Source: Candidatus Binatia bacterium
Lineage (GTDB): Bacteria > Desulfobacterota > Binatia > Bin18
Direction of reading: 5' to 3'
NCBI GenBank assembly: GCA_963666315.2
Contig: CAXXHG010000041.1
Coordinates: forward strand, 27,625-91,624
DNA length: 64,000 nt
The notes under the pieces are model-generated. The model worked only from the letters and a program-made list of their open reading frames with translations. It was not told where the DNA came from and searched no databases. Shown piece by piece: positions 27,935 through 38,412 of this stretch. Each line of letters opens with the position of its first letter. Position 1 is the stretch's first letter. Both the position numbers and the translations under genes were made by a program.

Positions 27935-28183
27935 ATGCATCAGCGTATTAACATCACCCTGCCGGAGGACACCATACGGTTACTAGACCGGACGGTTACT
28001 GCTGGCAGCCGGAGCCGGTTCATCGACCAGGCGATTAAGCATTATGTGCAGACGCAGTCCAAAAAGCGGCTGCGGACCTTACTCAAGGAAGGCGCAATCG
28101 CTCGAGCCGAGCGCGATCTTGCCGTAGCAGGGGAGTGGTTTCCCGTGGATGACGAGACATGGCAGCACGGCAACAACGAGTAA
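27935..28183 (+). CDS. ribbon-helix-helix antitoxin (NdoAI/MazE-like)
   Basis: RINITLPEDTIRLLD..SRSRFIDQAI; overlaps the toxin gene. Confidence 0.8.
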   Translation: MHQRINITLPEDTIRLLDRTVTAGSRSRFIDQAIKHYVQTQSKKRLRTLLKEGAIARAERDLAVAGEWFPVDDETWQHGNNE

Positions 28184-28533
28184 GTTTCATCAAACGCGGC
28201 GAAATCTATCTGGTCAATTTTGATCCGACCCTGGGCGCAGAAATCAAGAAAACCCGTCCGGCCCTGATTCTGCAAAATAATATTGCCAACCGTCATAGCC
28301 CGGTGACAATTGTCGCAGCGATCAGCTCACAGTTTGGCGAGACGCTGTATCCGACCGAAGTTCTGATCACAGCCCCGGAGGGCGGGTTAAGTGTCGATTC
28401 CGTGGCGCTGCTGAACCAGATGCGCTCCATTGACCACCGCCGCTTAGTCAAACGGTTAGGCGCCATCCGCTCCGAGACCTTGCGCCAGGTTGAACACGCC
28501 TTGCTTATCAGCCTGGGCATGATGGAGGTCTGA
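28159..28533 (+). CDS. mazF: MazF/PemK family toxin
   Basis: KRGEIYLVNFDPTLGAEIKKTRPALILQN..QMRSIDHRRL. Confidence 0.9.
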   Translation: MAARQQRVSFIKRGEIYLVNFDPTLGAEIKKTRPALILQNNIANRHSPVTIVAAISSQFGETLYPTEVLITAPEGGLSVDSVALLNQMRSIDHRRLVKRLGAIRSETLRQVEHALLISLGMMEV

Positions 28534-28654
28534 ACCTTAAAACCCTCTGCGTGGGAGGTAGTCGTTCAGGAAAGAGAGAGGGAGATCTATTCCCAAACAG
28601 ATATCTTGAATCTGGAGAAAAAGAACAGTTCTGACAGGTCCAGTTTCGCGGAAC

Positions 28655-28680
28655 AAAAAAGGGCCGGCAGAGCCGGCCCT
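28655..28680 (-). terminator. intrinsic terminator
   Basis: AGGGCCGGC-TCT-GCCGGCCCT followed by a T tract on the minus strand. Confidence 0.75.
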
Positions 28681-28710
28681 AAGAGCGCATCCAACTGAGA
28701 GTGGGTCGCC

Positions 28711-29007
28711 TTACACATCAATCCGGTCGTAATACCGAATACTCGGCTCTTTAGACAATTTGGAACCGAGCTCCTTGAGCACGCCGGTTTCCTCCCGCCA
28801 GCTCAGATATTTTTCGTAATGGCCACGCGACTCCCAGCGTTCGTAAAAAATCAGGTTGGTCGACTCGTCGAGGTTGCCATAGATATCAACCCCCTGGCAG
28901 CCGGCGTAGGCACGTGTGTCTGGGAGCGCTTCTTTCAGAAAGGCTTTGACCTCGTCCACACATTCGGGCTTGATCTGTATTTCAAGCATCACAACAGTTG
29001 TACCCAT
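28711..29007 (-). CDS. antibiotic biosynthesis monooxygenase (ABM) family protein
   Basis: DTRAYAGC, FYERWESRGHYEKY; GGAGG RBS. Confidence 0.85.
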   Translation of the reverse strand: MGTTVVMLEIQIKPECVDEVKAFLKEALPDTRAYAGCQGVDIYGNLDESTNLIFYERWESRGHYEKYLSWREETGVLKELGSKLSKEPSIRYYDRIDV

Positions 29008-29159
29008 TCTGGTATCCTCCCTTTCTAGAGCTTCGTATGCATATTGAGTCGCACAGCCACAGCGGGAGATCAACCCCTAGACGAGGCAATGCCTCTTGCG
29101 ATAAAAGAAAGGCTCCAGAATCAATCGAAACATTTCATTGCCGTTCAAAGGAGGTCGAT

Positions 29160-29366
29160 ATGCCACAAGTTATAGGTGGAGAAATTGGCAAAATCCAAGA
29201 GGAAGAATGGAGCTGCGGCGAATGCAAAGACGCTGGAGCCGAGCACAAAGACACCTTAGCCAAGGTGCTCATGCATTGTGCACTCAGGCACGATGCGTGG
29301 GAAACCAACCAGGACAAGGACAATAAAGTTGTCCAGGTCAAGTCAAAAAAGGCGGATCAGGCCTAG
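29160..29366 (+). CDS. 68-aa hypothetical protein with CxxC/His motif
   Basis: AGGAGG RBS; WSCGEC..H..MHCALRH; downstream terminator. Confidence 0.7.
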   Translation: MPQVIGGEIGKIQEEEWSCGECKDAGAEHKDTLAKVLMHCALRHDAWETNQDKDNKVVQVKSKKADQA

Positions 29367-29420
29367 CATCAGCTTGCTTGGCTGCATGTTTGGCCGCATG
29401 TTCAGCCGAACTGTTTGAGA

Positions 29421-29455
29421 AAAGCCCATCGTCATCCGGTGGGCTTTCTTTTTTT
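29421..29455 (+). terminator. intrinsic terminator
   Basis: AAAGCCCATC..GGTGGGCTTT followed by a T run. Confidence 0.75.
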
Positions 29456-29507
29456 AACCTCCTTCCCTGCGCCTCATCTCCCACCTTTTTTGTCCAACCT
29501 TTTCTGC

Positions 29508-29547
29508 TTGACAGCGTGATTTTATAAAAATAGACTTATCAGTCTAT
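29508..29547 (+). promoter_or_regulatory. sigma70 promoter with overlapping palindromic operator
   Basis: TTGACA-17 bp-TAGACT; ATAGACT-TATC-AGTCTAT inverted repeat at 29530-29547. Confidence 0.7.
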
Positions 29548-29614
29548 AATAGTTCAAAAAATCACGACAGAGCAGTCATGTTTCGCATGCATCACGAAAA
29601 GGGAGGGTCAGCGC

Positions 29615-30868
29615 ATCGCACCAGAAAGCCTATCGTTTTACTCCGCACTGAGTCACGCACCTATTCGGTCAGCCGGAAACCACGTTGATCTTACGATCTA
29701 TCGTGATGCTGGGGACACGACCTACGGCACGTTCAAATACAAGGCCCCGGCGGAGGGGTTGGTTCAGGTCGGCGGTCCACACAGCACCGAGACAGCCTGG
29801 AGCGACGATTTCGAAATTGCCTACACCAAAGTCGGCACCACCGGGCCGTTGGTACTACTACTGCACGGCGTGCCGTGTAATCGCGCCCAATGGGAAGACG
29901 TGCAGCGCTCTCTCGGCCGCTTCTGCGAGACGATTGCGATAGACATGCTCGGCATGGGCGAAAGCACCCAGCCCCGCATGTACGGCAAAAAAGACGACCC
30001 GAATAACGGCACCCAGTGGCACTGGATCAACGACGTGGACTACGTCGAGCAGCTCATGCAGCATGAGTATCCGGATCGCAAGTTCATCTTTATCGCCGAT
30101 GACTGGGGCAGCGGCGTCGCTTCACATTATGCGGCCGCCTACAACGACCGTTTGCATGCCTTGATCCAGCTTGATGCCATCACTTTCGATGGCTATCCGG
30201 GCAACGAGATCCAAGCTATCGGTCGAGCGTCACAGATTCCGAACACGCCTGAGGGTGACGCCATGTTTCCCGCAGGCTTTGCCGCGTTTGATCAGACTTT
30301 GGTCCAGATCCTCAAAACCATGGTGTATGACCCCAGCGTCTATAACCAGTACAACTTGCGCAAGCTCATCTGTACCTATGTAGACGTGGATTACGAGCGC
30401 AACGGCGCACACGATGGGGTGACTGGTGTCGCCAGCTCAACCACCCTCCGCCTTCACCTGCATAACCTGCGGGTGCTGGCCGACCGGGCGGCTATCTTGA
30501 GCCCAGCACTCCTCTTGCGCTACCACCCGCAACACAACCCGCGCGGCGTCGATTACCAGGCAATCACAGTTCCAACGCTGATTGCCTGGGGTGAGTACGA
30601 TAATATGATGCCTGCCGTCCAAACGCAGCGTTTTGCCGACGTGCTCGGCACTGACGACGTGCAAATCACCTATATTCCGAATGCGGGCCATTTCGCTCAC
30701 ACCGACCGGCCACTGTTTGTTGCAGACACGATTGTCAACTTCATCCGCCGCGTCATGGGACGCAGCGCCATGGCCGACATCAATCTCGGCCATGAGGGCA
30801 TCTGGAAGGACGATGAACGCTTAGTCATTGCAGAACTGCGCCAATTACATGGAATACACGTGGATTAA
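29615..30868 (+). CDS. alpha/beta hydrolase (Asp nucleophile, epoxide hydrolase-like); start uncertain
   Basis: LLHGVP, DMLGMGES, ADDWG, WGEYD, AGHF; frame is open back to GGGAGG plus ATC 29615. Confidence 0.75.
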   Translation: MAPESLSFYSALSHAPIRSAGNHVDLTIYRDAGDTTYGTFKYKAPAEGLVQVGGPHSTETAWSDDFEIAYTKVGTTGPLVLLLHGVPCNRAQWEDVQRSLGRFCETIAIDMLGMGESTQPRMYGKKDDPNNGTQWHWINDVDYVEQLMQHEYPDRKFIFIADDWGSGVASHYAAAYNDRLHALIQLDAITFDGYPGNEIQAIGRASQIPNTPEGDAMFPAGFAAFDQTLVQILKTMVYDPSVYNQYNLRKLICTYVDVDYERNGAHDGVTGVASSTTLRLHLHNLRVLADRAAILSPALLLRYHPQHNPRGVDYQAITVPTLIAWGEYDNMMPAVQTQRFADVLGTDDVQITYIPNAGHFAHTDRPLFVADTIVNFIRRVMGRSAMADINLGHEGIWKDDERLVIAELRQLHGIHVD

Positions 30869-31024
30869 GTCCACGGCACCGTGGCCCAGCCATTATCGAC
30901 GGATACACGACATGCTCTTTTCATACCGCTGACACACTCCAGCGTTTCAGATATTCTACGAAGACCAACTGACATTCGATTTTTAGTACGCCAGCAAGAA
31001 GAGCAGGAAGCGAAGGGATCCTCT

Positions 31025-31470
31025 ATGCACGTCACGGGCATGATGCACGTCAACGTCAACTGCTGCGACTATGAGCGCTCGCGCAAATTTTACGAACTGC
31101 TCGGGTTCAAGGTGATGTGGGAAGTGCCGGAGCGGAATACGCCGGAAGTAGCCGCCGCCGTGGGCATGCCGCCTTACCTCGTGCGAGGCGCACTCCTGCA
31201 GCTAGAGGGATCACCGACGACGACGCTCATCGATCTGCTGGAGTGGAAAGAGCCACGCGACAACGAGCCGCCGTATCCTCATCTGTATCACCCGGGGATC
31301 GCGCGGATCGCACTGCTCACCAGTGATCTGGCTGCAGACGTGCAAACGCTGAAAGCGTACGGGGTAGAGTTCATTTCTGAGCCCGTCCTGCTCGATCCGC
31401 CGGACGCTTTGTGTGTTTCAAAGATCCAGACGGCACTGTGCTGGAGTTGGTCGATACGGAGCAACCCTAG
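31025..31470 (+). pseudogene. VOC/glyoxalase family, frameshifted near the C-terminus
   Basis: HVNVNCCDYERSRKFY; FKDPDGTVLEL appears in another frame after about 31405. Confidence 0.75.
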
Positions 31471-31530
31471 TTTCCAGAATCAGCGGATCAATCGTTCGGG
31501 ATAATTCCAACTCACAAAGGAGGACGGCAT

Positions 31531-32352
31531 ATGAGTTATTGGCAAACGGAATTCAGCGATGGAGTTGTGATCGCAAAGTACAACAATCCACCCATGAACT
31601 ATTTCTGTGCTGAAGGCACGCAAGAGTTATGGAAGCTGATCGAAGAATGGCGCGATCCTTCCATTCGAGCCGTTGTTTTGACCGGCGCGATGGAAGGCAA
31701 GTTTATCACCCACTACAGCGTGGAGGAGCTGGTTGATCTGGCCAAGGATCGCGAAGCCATGCGGCTGGCGGGCACTTCGCTCACCGCTTCCTATCACGCC
31801 ATGCTCAAAAACCTGAGCGACTTACCCAAGGCCATCATCGTGGCCATGAACGGCGATACCATGGGCGGCGGCTTTGAGCTGAGTCTCTCGTGTGATCTGC
31901 GCATTGGACAAAAAGGCGACTACCGCTTTGGATTTCCAGAAGTCAAACTCGGTATTCTGCCCGGTGGCAGCGGCACCCAGCGGCTCTCACGGTTGATTGG
32001 CGTCGGACGGGCGCTTGAGTTTGTCATTCGCTCGCGCGTGGTCCGGCCGGAAGTAGCACTCTCTTTTGGGCTGGTGCACGAAGTTGTGGATGATGCCCTC
32101 GCGCGGGCGACGGAAATCGCGCGTGAGATTGCCAATTTCCCGCCGATCGCGGTAGCCCGGGCCAAACACGCGGTCTATGCGGGCAGTGACGCCCACCTCG
32201 CGGCTGGACTGGATATCGAAAGTTCAGCGTTTTTGGAGACCATGCTGTCCGAAGACGGCCTACTGGCCATGCAAACGTATATCGGTCTGCCGTATGACAT
32301 GCGCCGCGACTGGCTCGATAACCCCACCAACCCTGGCTATACGGGCAAGTAG
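31531..32352 (+). CDS. enoyl-CoA hydratase/isomerase family
   Basis: MGGGFELSLSCDLR, PEVKLGILPGGSGTQRL. Confidence 0.9.
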   Translation: MSYWQTEFSDGVVIAKYNNPPMNYFCAEGTQELWKLIEEWRDPSIRAVVLTGAMEGKFITHYSVEELVDLAKDREAMRLAGTSLTASYHAMLKNLSDLPKAIIVAMNGDTMGGGFELSLSCDLRIGQKGDYRFGFPEVKLGILPGGSGTQRLSRLIGVGRALEFVIRSRVVRPEVALSFGLVHEVVDDALARATEIAREIANFPPIAVARAKHAVYAGSDAHLAAGLDIESSAFLETMLSEDGLLAMQTYIGLPYDMRRDWLDNPTNPGYTGK

Positions 32353-32426
32353 CAGAATCTCTCCTCTGAGAGAAATCTCCCCATACCCCCCTTTAGGATA
32401 AAGGGGGGAATTCTCCTCGTTCTGTC

Positions 32427-32765
32427 TCAGAGGCGTCTTTCGAGCACTTCACGCTGCGGCGTGACCTGAAAGCGGATGCCTTCGTGCTTTTGCAGCAGCG
32501 CCATGAGATCGAAGAGATTGCGAGCGGCGGGATTGCCCTTGGGGCCAAGCATGCGCATCAAACTCGTGTCTTTCTTCCCGGTCACACGCACAAGCTCCTG
32601 AAAGCCGATGGTCGCGTTGATGTAGTCCCGCAGGATAATCGTCCCGGTCGTAAGATCTCCGCCGAGAAAGCACTCAATGGCTTCCGTCAGCAACCCTTCC
32701 CGGAATTCCAGATCACGCCGCGCCCGGGCCATGACGGTGCCTTTGAAATCACGAGTAAGAGCCAT
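32427..32765 (-). CDS. addiction module antidote, HTH (HigA-like)
   Basis: ILRDYINATIGFQEL..SLMRMLGPKGNP. Confidence 0.8.
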   Translation of the reverse strand: MALTRDFKGTVMARARRDLEFREGLLTEAIECFLGGDLTTGTIILRDYINATIGFQELVRVTGKKDTSLMRMLGPKGNPAARNLFDLMALLQKHEGIRFQVTPQREVLERRL

Positions 32766-32766
32766 C

Positions 32767-32950
32767 TCACCGTTCCTTTCTCTTGCGGGCCTGATACAGA
32801 GTCCACCGCTCCCGCGCTGCGACGATATCCTGTTGCTGGCGTTTCTTTATCCCGCCGGCAAGGAGGATAATCAGTTGCGTCCCAGCTTTAGCAAAATACA
32901 CCCGGTAGCGGGGGCCAAAATCAATCTTGCATTCCGAGACTCCGCCGCCG
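32767..32950 (-). pseudogene. RelE/HigB-type addiction module killer, N-terminus lost
   Basis: GVSECKIDFGPRYRVYF..LLAGGIKKRQQQDI; N-terminal half absent. Confidence 0.75.
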
Positions 32951-33129
32951 GCGCATCCAAACATAAATGTTAGCATTTGCCAGATCAAGAGAAAGAAATC
33001 TGAGGGGGATGAGAACTTTCAAATGATTCTGGCCAAGAATTTCCCCCAAAACAGAAAAATATACGGCGCTATAGTCTAATCATAATATTATTTATTGTGA
33101 ATATATCATAACTCTAGTATGCTGCATCC

Positions 33130-33420
33130 ATGCCTACCCAGTCAGCAGAAAAGAAAATCCTCAGCGTACCCATCCCCTCCGCTTTGAATATATTCATTCA
33201 GGAGCGCCTCAAAACCAAGGGGTTTCACACGGTCAGCGAGTATGTGCGCTCCTTGATCCGGGCCGATCAGGAAGCCGCATCCCGTCATGAGGTTGAGGCG
33301 ACGCTCTTGGAAGCGGTTGAGCGGGGCGATTACCGCGAGGTCACCCCGGAATTCTTGCAACGCATAGAAGCAGCAGCCACCGGGAAATCCGCGCGGAAAC
33401 GTAAGCCGAGGAAGTCGTGA
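33130..33420 (+). CDS. ParD-like ribbon-helix-helix antitoxin
   Basis: GFHTVSEYVRSLIRADQ..LLEAVERG; GTGA overlap with a following stub. Confidence 0.75.
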   Translation: MPTQSAEKKILSVPIPSALNIFIQERLKTKGFHTVSEYVRSLIRADQEAASRHEVEATLLEAVERGDYREVTPEFLQRIEAAATGKSARKRKPRKS

Positions 33421-33521
33421 AGCGGCGTCTTTTCATTGAGCGACTAAAATTTCACGCTTTTAGTTCTCATACGCTTATTCGAGCGTTTGCGAGACTTACA
33501 AAAAGTAATACAAGAAACTCC

Positions 33522-34271
33522 TTATTTCTTTCCCACTTGCTTGTTCAGGGCATTCAAGATAAATCCCGGGGCAATGCGAGACATCAGTTTCATTTGAGAA
33601 GCTTGCCCAGGCGTTATTTCATGTTTATTCTTCGAAAAAGCAGCCATAAATTTTGTTACCAGTTGCTCCGGCTCCATCATTGGAAATTCTTGGTAATCTT
33701 CCACTATCTCCGTCCTCACAAGGGGACGGATTAGTTCGAATACTTTTACCGAGCTATTTTTAAGTTGATAGCGCAGCGAACGGCTCCAAGAGTGCATTGC
33801 TGCCTTTGTCGCACAATATATCGGGGTTAGGGCGAGTGGCACGAAGGCTAAGACATACCCGACATTCACGATAGCAGCTGAAGGGTGTTTTAGAAGAAAA
33901 GGGAGAAAAAAGTGAGCCATCCGAACAGGCCCACTGAAATCAATGTCGATTTCCCCTAGCTGCTGTTCCAGACTCGCTCCGCCTTCGGAGTAATCGGTCT
34001 CTTGAAGAATGCCCGCATTATTGACGAGGACATTGATAATCTTACCGTGTTCCTCTGCCAACGTTTTAATTTGTCGTTGATCGGTAACATCACAGACCCT
34101 GTACTCAGCCTTTCCGAGTTTCTGACAAGCAGTCTGTAACTTTGACTCACTTCTCCCTGTAATCAAAACAGTGCTACCGTTTTGGACGAAAGCCAGCGCT
34201 AACTGGAAACCGATTCCAGAGTCCCCTCCTGTAACGAGCACGCTATTTCCAGATATTTTCTATAATTTCAT
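33522..34271 (-). pseudogene. DltE-like short-chain dehydrogenase, AT-rich, with a TAG near the start
   Basis: MKL*KISGNSVLVTGGDSGIG, NNAG, YCATK. Confidence 0.7.
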
Positions 34272-34695
34272 CTTCTTATCGGGCCAGTGAGGGAATCTCA
34301 ACAAAGGCCTATGGTTCTGAATTTTGGCTGAGGCGATTACCAGAACAAATTTTCGCCTGATTTGGTTTTTTCCTTGATTTTTGCAGGGTTAGCCACGACT
34401 GCCAGAAAAATAGACGGATCCTGTTAGCCAACCCCAAAAGAGAGAAAAATTCGACAGAGGAATAGCTTCATCGAACGAAGGGGAGCCGCGAAATCCTATG
34501 CAGGAAGGCAGTTTACCGACGTGAAAATAGGCTCGCCAAGGTATCTGCCCGTTCTTTGGAATTGGATGGATAAATGGATGGAAACAGATGACTTATTGGA
34601 TAACGGCCCGAAAACATCAACGTCCGCAATGAATTATAGACGAGATTGCTGCATGCTTTTGCGACCCCTGGGACGATTGGCGGAGGGAATTCGCC

Positions 34696-35199
34696 TCACC
34701 ACGGGCGCCGGAACTCACACTTCGGCAGCTTACCCTGAAGTGCATCGATGCCACCCCGGCTCGCTAGCGTACTGCGCAGATTGAGTACGCGTAGGCCGGA
34801 TAGCCCCTGCAGATGGACCAAGCCCGCGTCACTAATACGAGTGTCATAGAGCCACAGCACCCGCAGGCCAGTCAGATGCTCCAAATGCGCAAGGCTGATG
34901 TTATTTACGCGCGAGGCAGAAAGCTGAAGGAATTGGATAGCGTTCGGGTCGATCGCGCCGAAGGGCGATAGATCGGTTGACGCTTGTGGGTTGACATTGA
35001 GCCGGAGCTCTTTACCCGCCGGAATCGCACTGCCGCCCTGCGCCCGACCAATGGATTCCCAAAAGGCGTAGGCGTCCGCATGGTGGACGCCATCTCGGAC
35101 AAAGAGTTCCCCCATTGAACGATCCGTAGGAAACTGGATGGTTCGGGCAGGGAGTAGCACACTCTCTTCGGCAGTATTTCCGTTGTTCACACCAATCAC
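34696..35199 (-). CDS. leucine-rich repeat protein
   Basis: LTGLRVLWLYDTRISDAGLVHLQGLSGLRVLNL. Confidence 0.75.
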   Translation of the reverse strand: MIGVNNGNTAEESVLLPARTIQFPTDRSMGELFVRDGVHHADAYAFWESIGRAQGGSAIPAGKELRLNVNPQASTDLSPFGAIDPNAIQFLQLSASRVNNISLAHLEHLTGLRVLWLYDTRISDAGLVHLQGLSGLRVLNLRSTLASRGGIDALQGKLPKCEFRRPW

Positions 35200-35287
35200 G
35201 GCCAGGATACTATCTTCCTATGTAGGCGACCTTAGAATGCATAACAAAACTGCCTGGAGTACGTTGTCAGCGCCCCAACCCTGCCCC

Positions 35288-35355
35288 CCTGGATTCCCGT
35301 TTCCACGGGAATGACAGTCCTTCTTGTATCATATCTGCGAAAGCAGGTATCCAGG
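35288..35355. repeat. REP-like element (GGATTCCCG..CGGGAATGAC family)
   Basis: CTGGATTCCCGTTTCCACGGGAATGAC with a degenerate inverted partner. Confidence 0.6.
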
Positions 35356-35389
35356 CCTACGGGACAAGACGGGAGTTCGTTAGTGGCCC

Positions 35390-36385
35390 TTAGGCATTCA
35401 CGTCAATCACGACGCGGCCGCGGACTTGCCCCTTTAAGATTTGCGGAGCGAGCTCCAATACTTTCGATATGGGTTCAACAACCGTCATGGCATCCAGCTT
35501 TTCAATCGGCAAGTCTTGAGCCAACCGATCCCAGGCAGTCTGCCGCTTGGGATTCGGACATACGACCGAGTCTACACCTATCAAACTCACATTACGCAGG
35601 ATAAACGGCAGGACCGACGTTGGTAGATCGGTTCCCCCGGCCAGACCGCAGGCGGCAACCGCCCCACCATAACAGGTCCCGCGCAGGACCGATGCCAAGG
35701 TCTCCCCACCAACCGAGTCCACTCCGCCCGCCCAGCGTTCGGCATCAAGCGGACGGCCCGACGGCGTGGCGAGTTCAGCCCGTTCAACTATCGTGGCTGC
35801 ACCGAGTCCGGTCAGATAGTCGCACAACTCAGTTCGACCGGTTGAGGCCGCAACCTGATAGCCGAGCTTGGCCAGCACGGCAACGGCCACGCTACCGACC
35901 CCACCCGCGGCCCCAGTCACAATAACTTCTTTGTCTCCAGGTCTGACGCCCATGCGTTCAAGATCCAAGATGCACAGCATGGCGGTATAACCAGCGGTCC
36001 CCACGGCCATCGCTTGTTTGAGACTGAAGGCTGCAGGGACACGGGTCAACCATTCGGATTTGACGCGCTGTTTCTGGGCATAGCCACCGCCGTGAGTCAT
36101 GCTCAGCTCCCAGCCGGTGATGAGGACTTGATCGCCCGGCTTATAATCCGGCGAGCGTGAGGACTCGACCGTCCCAGCCAGGTCGATGCCACAGATCATC
36201 GGGTAGGTGCGTGCAATGGGCGCTGTGCCTGTTACGGCCAAGCCGTCTTTATAGTTGAGGGTTGAATAAGCGACGCTGACCGTGACATCACCCTCCGGCA
36301 AGTCGTCTATTGTAATTTCTTGCAGTGAGGCAGAGATTTTTTTCTCAACTCTGTTTATAATAACCGCTTGTATGGTTGCATTCAT
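35390..36385 (-). CDS. acuI: acrylyl-CoA reductase / YhdH-family MDR oxidoreductase
   Basis: YSTLNYKDGLA, GTAGYTA, TGAAGGVGS, PFILRNVSLIGVDSV. Confidence 0.85.
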   Translation of the reverse strand: MNATIQAVIINRVEKKISASLQEITIDDLPEGDVTVSVAYSTLNYKDGLAVTGTAPIARTYPMICGIDLAGTVESSRSPDYKPGDQVLITGWELSMTHGGGYAQKQRVKSEWLTRVPAAFSLKQAMAVGTAGYTAMLCILDLERMGVRPGDKEVIVTGAAGGVGSVAVAVLAKLGYQVAASTGRTELCDYLTGLGAATIVERAELATPSGRPLDAERWAGGVDSVGGETLASVLRGTCYGGAVAACGLAGGTDLPTSVLPFILRNVSLIGVDSVVCPNPKRQTAWDRLAQDLPIEKLDAMTVVEPISKVLELAPQILKGQVRGRVVIDVNA

Positions 36386-36643
36386 GGCTACAGGCTCCTC
36401 GGTCTGAGATAGTCAACAAATTTTTCTGAATGCGAGGCAGGCAGGATACCCGCCCCTAGGCGATAAGGCTACTCCCTTTGCAAACTGAGGCTGAGTCCCG
36501 CGCGACTTTCTGACCAGCATTCCCAGAAATAGAAAAATCCCCCCGGCGCCTTGCGCTTCCCCCTTTAGTAAAGGGGAAGTCAGGGGGGATTTTAGTCTTT
36601 CGCGGATATGATGACTACGAATGATCTCGATTTAATCGCCTCA

Positions 36644-38278
36644 TTAAATCGCTCGATAGGCAGCAAACGACTGGGTTGAAGACCGCGCAGTCGGATCAGT
36701 CACCACATTAACCACGGCCGGCTTGCCGGATGCCGCTGCCCGCTCAAGCGCAGGCCGGATATCTTCCGGTCTTTCAACAAACTCACCGTGGGCACCAAAG
36801 ACCTTGGCCATCTCGTCATAGCGGCTGAAACCCAGATCACGCCCGGCTGTCATCACACCCGCGCCGGCCCAGCCGCCATTATTACTAATCACGATAATGG
36901 CCGGGATGTTCTTGCGCACCATGGTGTCGATTTCCATACCGTTCATGCCAAACGAGCCGTCACCACTGAGCACGATGACCTGCGTGTCTGGTTTGGCCAC
37001 TTTCGCCCCCAACCCGAACGGAACGGCAACACCCATGCAGCCGTTGGGGCCCGCGTTGATCCGGTGGCCGGGCGCATGGGTCGGCACTGATTGGCGCGCA
37101 AAGTTCAAAATTTCATGTCCATCCACTACAATAATGGCATCCCGATCCATGAAGTCGCGGACTTCTTTGCATAAACGCAGAGGGTGCATGGGTGACGAAT
37201 CCGCATTCATGATGGCTTCCATTTTCTCTTGGGAGCGCTTATCGTAGCCACGCAGAGTGTCGAGCCAAGGCAATTCGCTCCGACCACGGAAAGAGTCAAT
37301 GCCCTCGTCCATGAGTTGACGCAGAACCGTTTTGGCGTCGCCCACAATGCCAACGTCCACAGCCCGATTGCGGCCTATCTCTTCATCCGAGATATCGACC
37401 TGAATCATTTTCACATTCTCAGCAAAGCGCGGGGCTTGTCCAAAGCCCAGAATGAAATTCAGGCGGGTGCCGACGATCAGTACCACGTCGGCTTCTTTCC
37501 ACGCCCGATTACGCGCACCGAGAAAGCTCAGCGCATGATCCTCAGGAATGACGCCACGACCTTGGGGCGTGGTGTAAAACGGGATGCCGGTCATTTCGAC
37601 GAACTCTTGCAGTTCTTGCATCGCACCCGACCACAGGATGCCTGTGCCCGTGATCACCAGCGGCCGCTCAGCCCCCTTGAGGAGAGCCACGGCGTCCTTG
37701 ATGAAGTCGGGGTCACCTGACACACGCGGGACTTTATGCGGGCGCTGGGAACGCCCAACCTCGTTTTCGTCAACCACGTTGTACAGTACGTCACCTGGCA
37801 GATCGACGTAGACAGGACCCGGCTGGCCGCTGGTGGCGACCCGAAAGGCTTTATTAATTATTTCCGGAATGCGACGGACATCTTTGACCCTCTCAGACAT
37901 TTTGGTGATAGGCTTAAACATAGCCACCTGATCCATCTCTTGGAATGCACCCATGCCGTCCTGCGAAATGGCGCTGGCGCCTCCCAATGCGACCACGGGG
38001 ACAGCATCCAGATAGGCATTGCCCACGCCGGTAATCAAATTGGTCACACCAGGGCCAGAGGCAGCAAAACACACACCTGGCCTGGCGAGTACCCGGCTAT
38101 ATGCGTGGGCCGCCATAGAGGCCCCCTGCTCGTGGCGCACATCCACCGAATTAAAGCCTATTTCAATGCACTTGGCGGCCACATCCACCATCGGTCCGCC
38201 GGTGATGTAAAAAACCGTATCAACGCCTTCTCTTTTGAGCGATGTGACTACTAACGAGTTGCCATCAACTTTTGCCAT
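36644..38278 (-). CDS. TPP-dependent enzyme (2-hydroxyacyl-CoA lyase / oxalyl-CoA decarboxylase-like)
   Basis: RHEQGA, SGPGVTN, GAFQE, GDGSFG..NN. Confidence 0.88.
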   Translation of the reverse strand: MAKVDGNSLVVTSLKREGVDTVFYITGGPMVDVAAKCIEIGFNSVDVRHEQGASMAAHAYSRVLARPGVCFAASGPGVTNLITGVGNAYLDAVPVVALGGASAISQDGMGAFQEMDQVAMFKPITKMSERVKDVRRIPEIINKAFRVATSGQPGPVYVDLPGDVLYNVVDENEVGRSQRPHKVPRVSGDPDFIKDAVALLKGAERPLVITGTGILWSGAMQELQEFVEMTGIPFYTTPQGRGVIPEDHALSFLGARNRAWKEADVVLIVGTRLNFILGFGQAPRFAENVKMIQVDISDEEIGRNRAVDVGIVGDAKTVLRQLMDEGIDSFRGRSELPWLDTLRGYDKRSQEKMEAIMNADSSPMHPLRLCKEVRDFMDRDAIIVVDGHEILNFARQSVPTHAPGHRINAGPNGCMGVAVPFGLGAKVAKPDTQVIVLSGDGSFGMNGMEIDTMVRKNIPAIIVISNNGGWAGAGVMTAGRDLGFSRYDEMAKVFGAHGEFVERPEDIRPALERAAASGKPAVVNVVTDPTARSSTQSFAAYRAI

Positions 38279-38362
38279 ATTCAGTCTCCCCTTTCTCCTT
38301 TGTTCCGTAACGCGGCATCTTATCCCTAGTGCGCACCACAATTCCAGAGGAGGAAGAATAAA

Positions 38363-38392
38363 TGTCTGGGCAATTCATGCATTGCCCAGACA
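38363..38392. repeat. REP-like palindrome
   Basis: TGTCTGGGCAAT-TCATGC-ATTGCCCAGACA; related to 61802-61829. Confidence 0.7.
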
Positions 38393-38412
38393 GTACATGC
38401 ACTGCCCTCACA

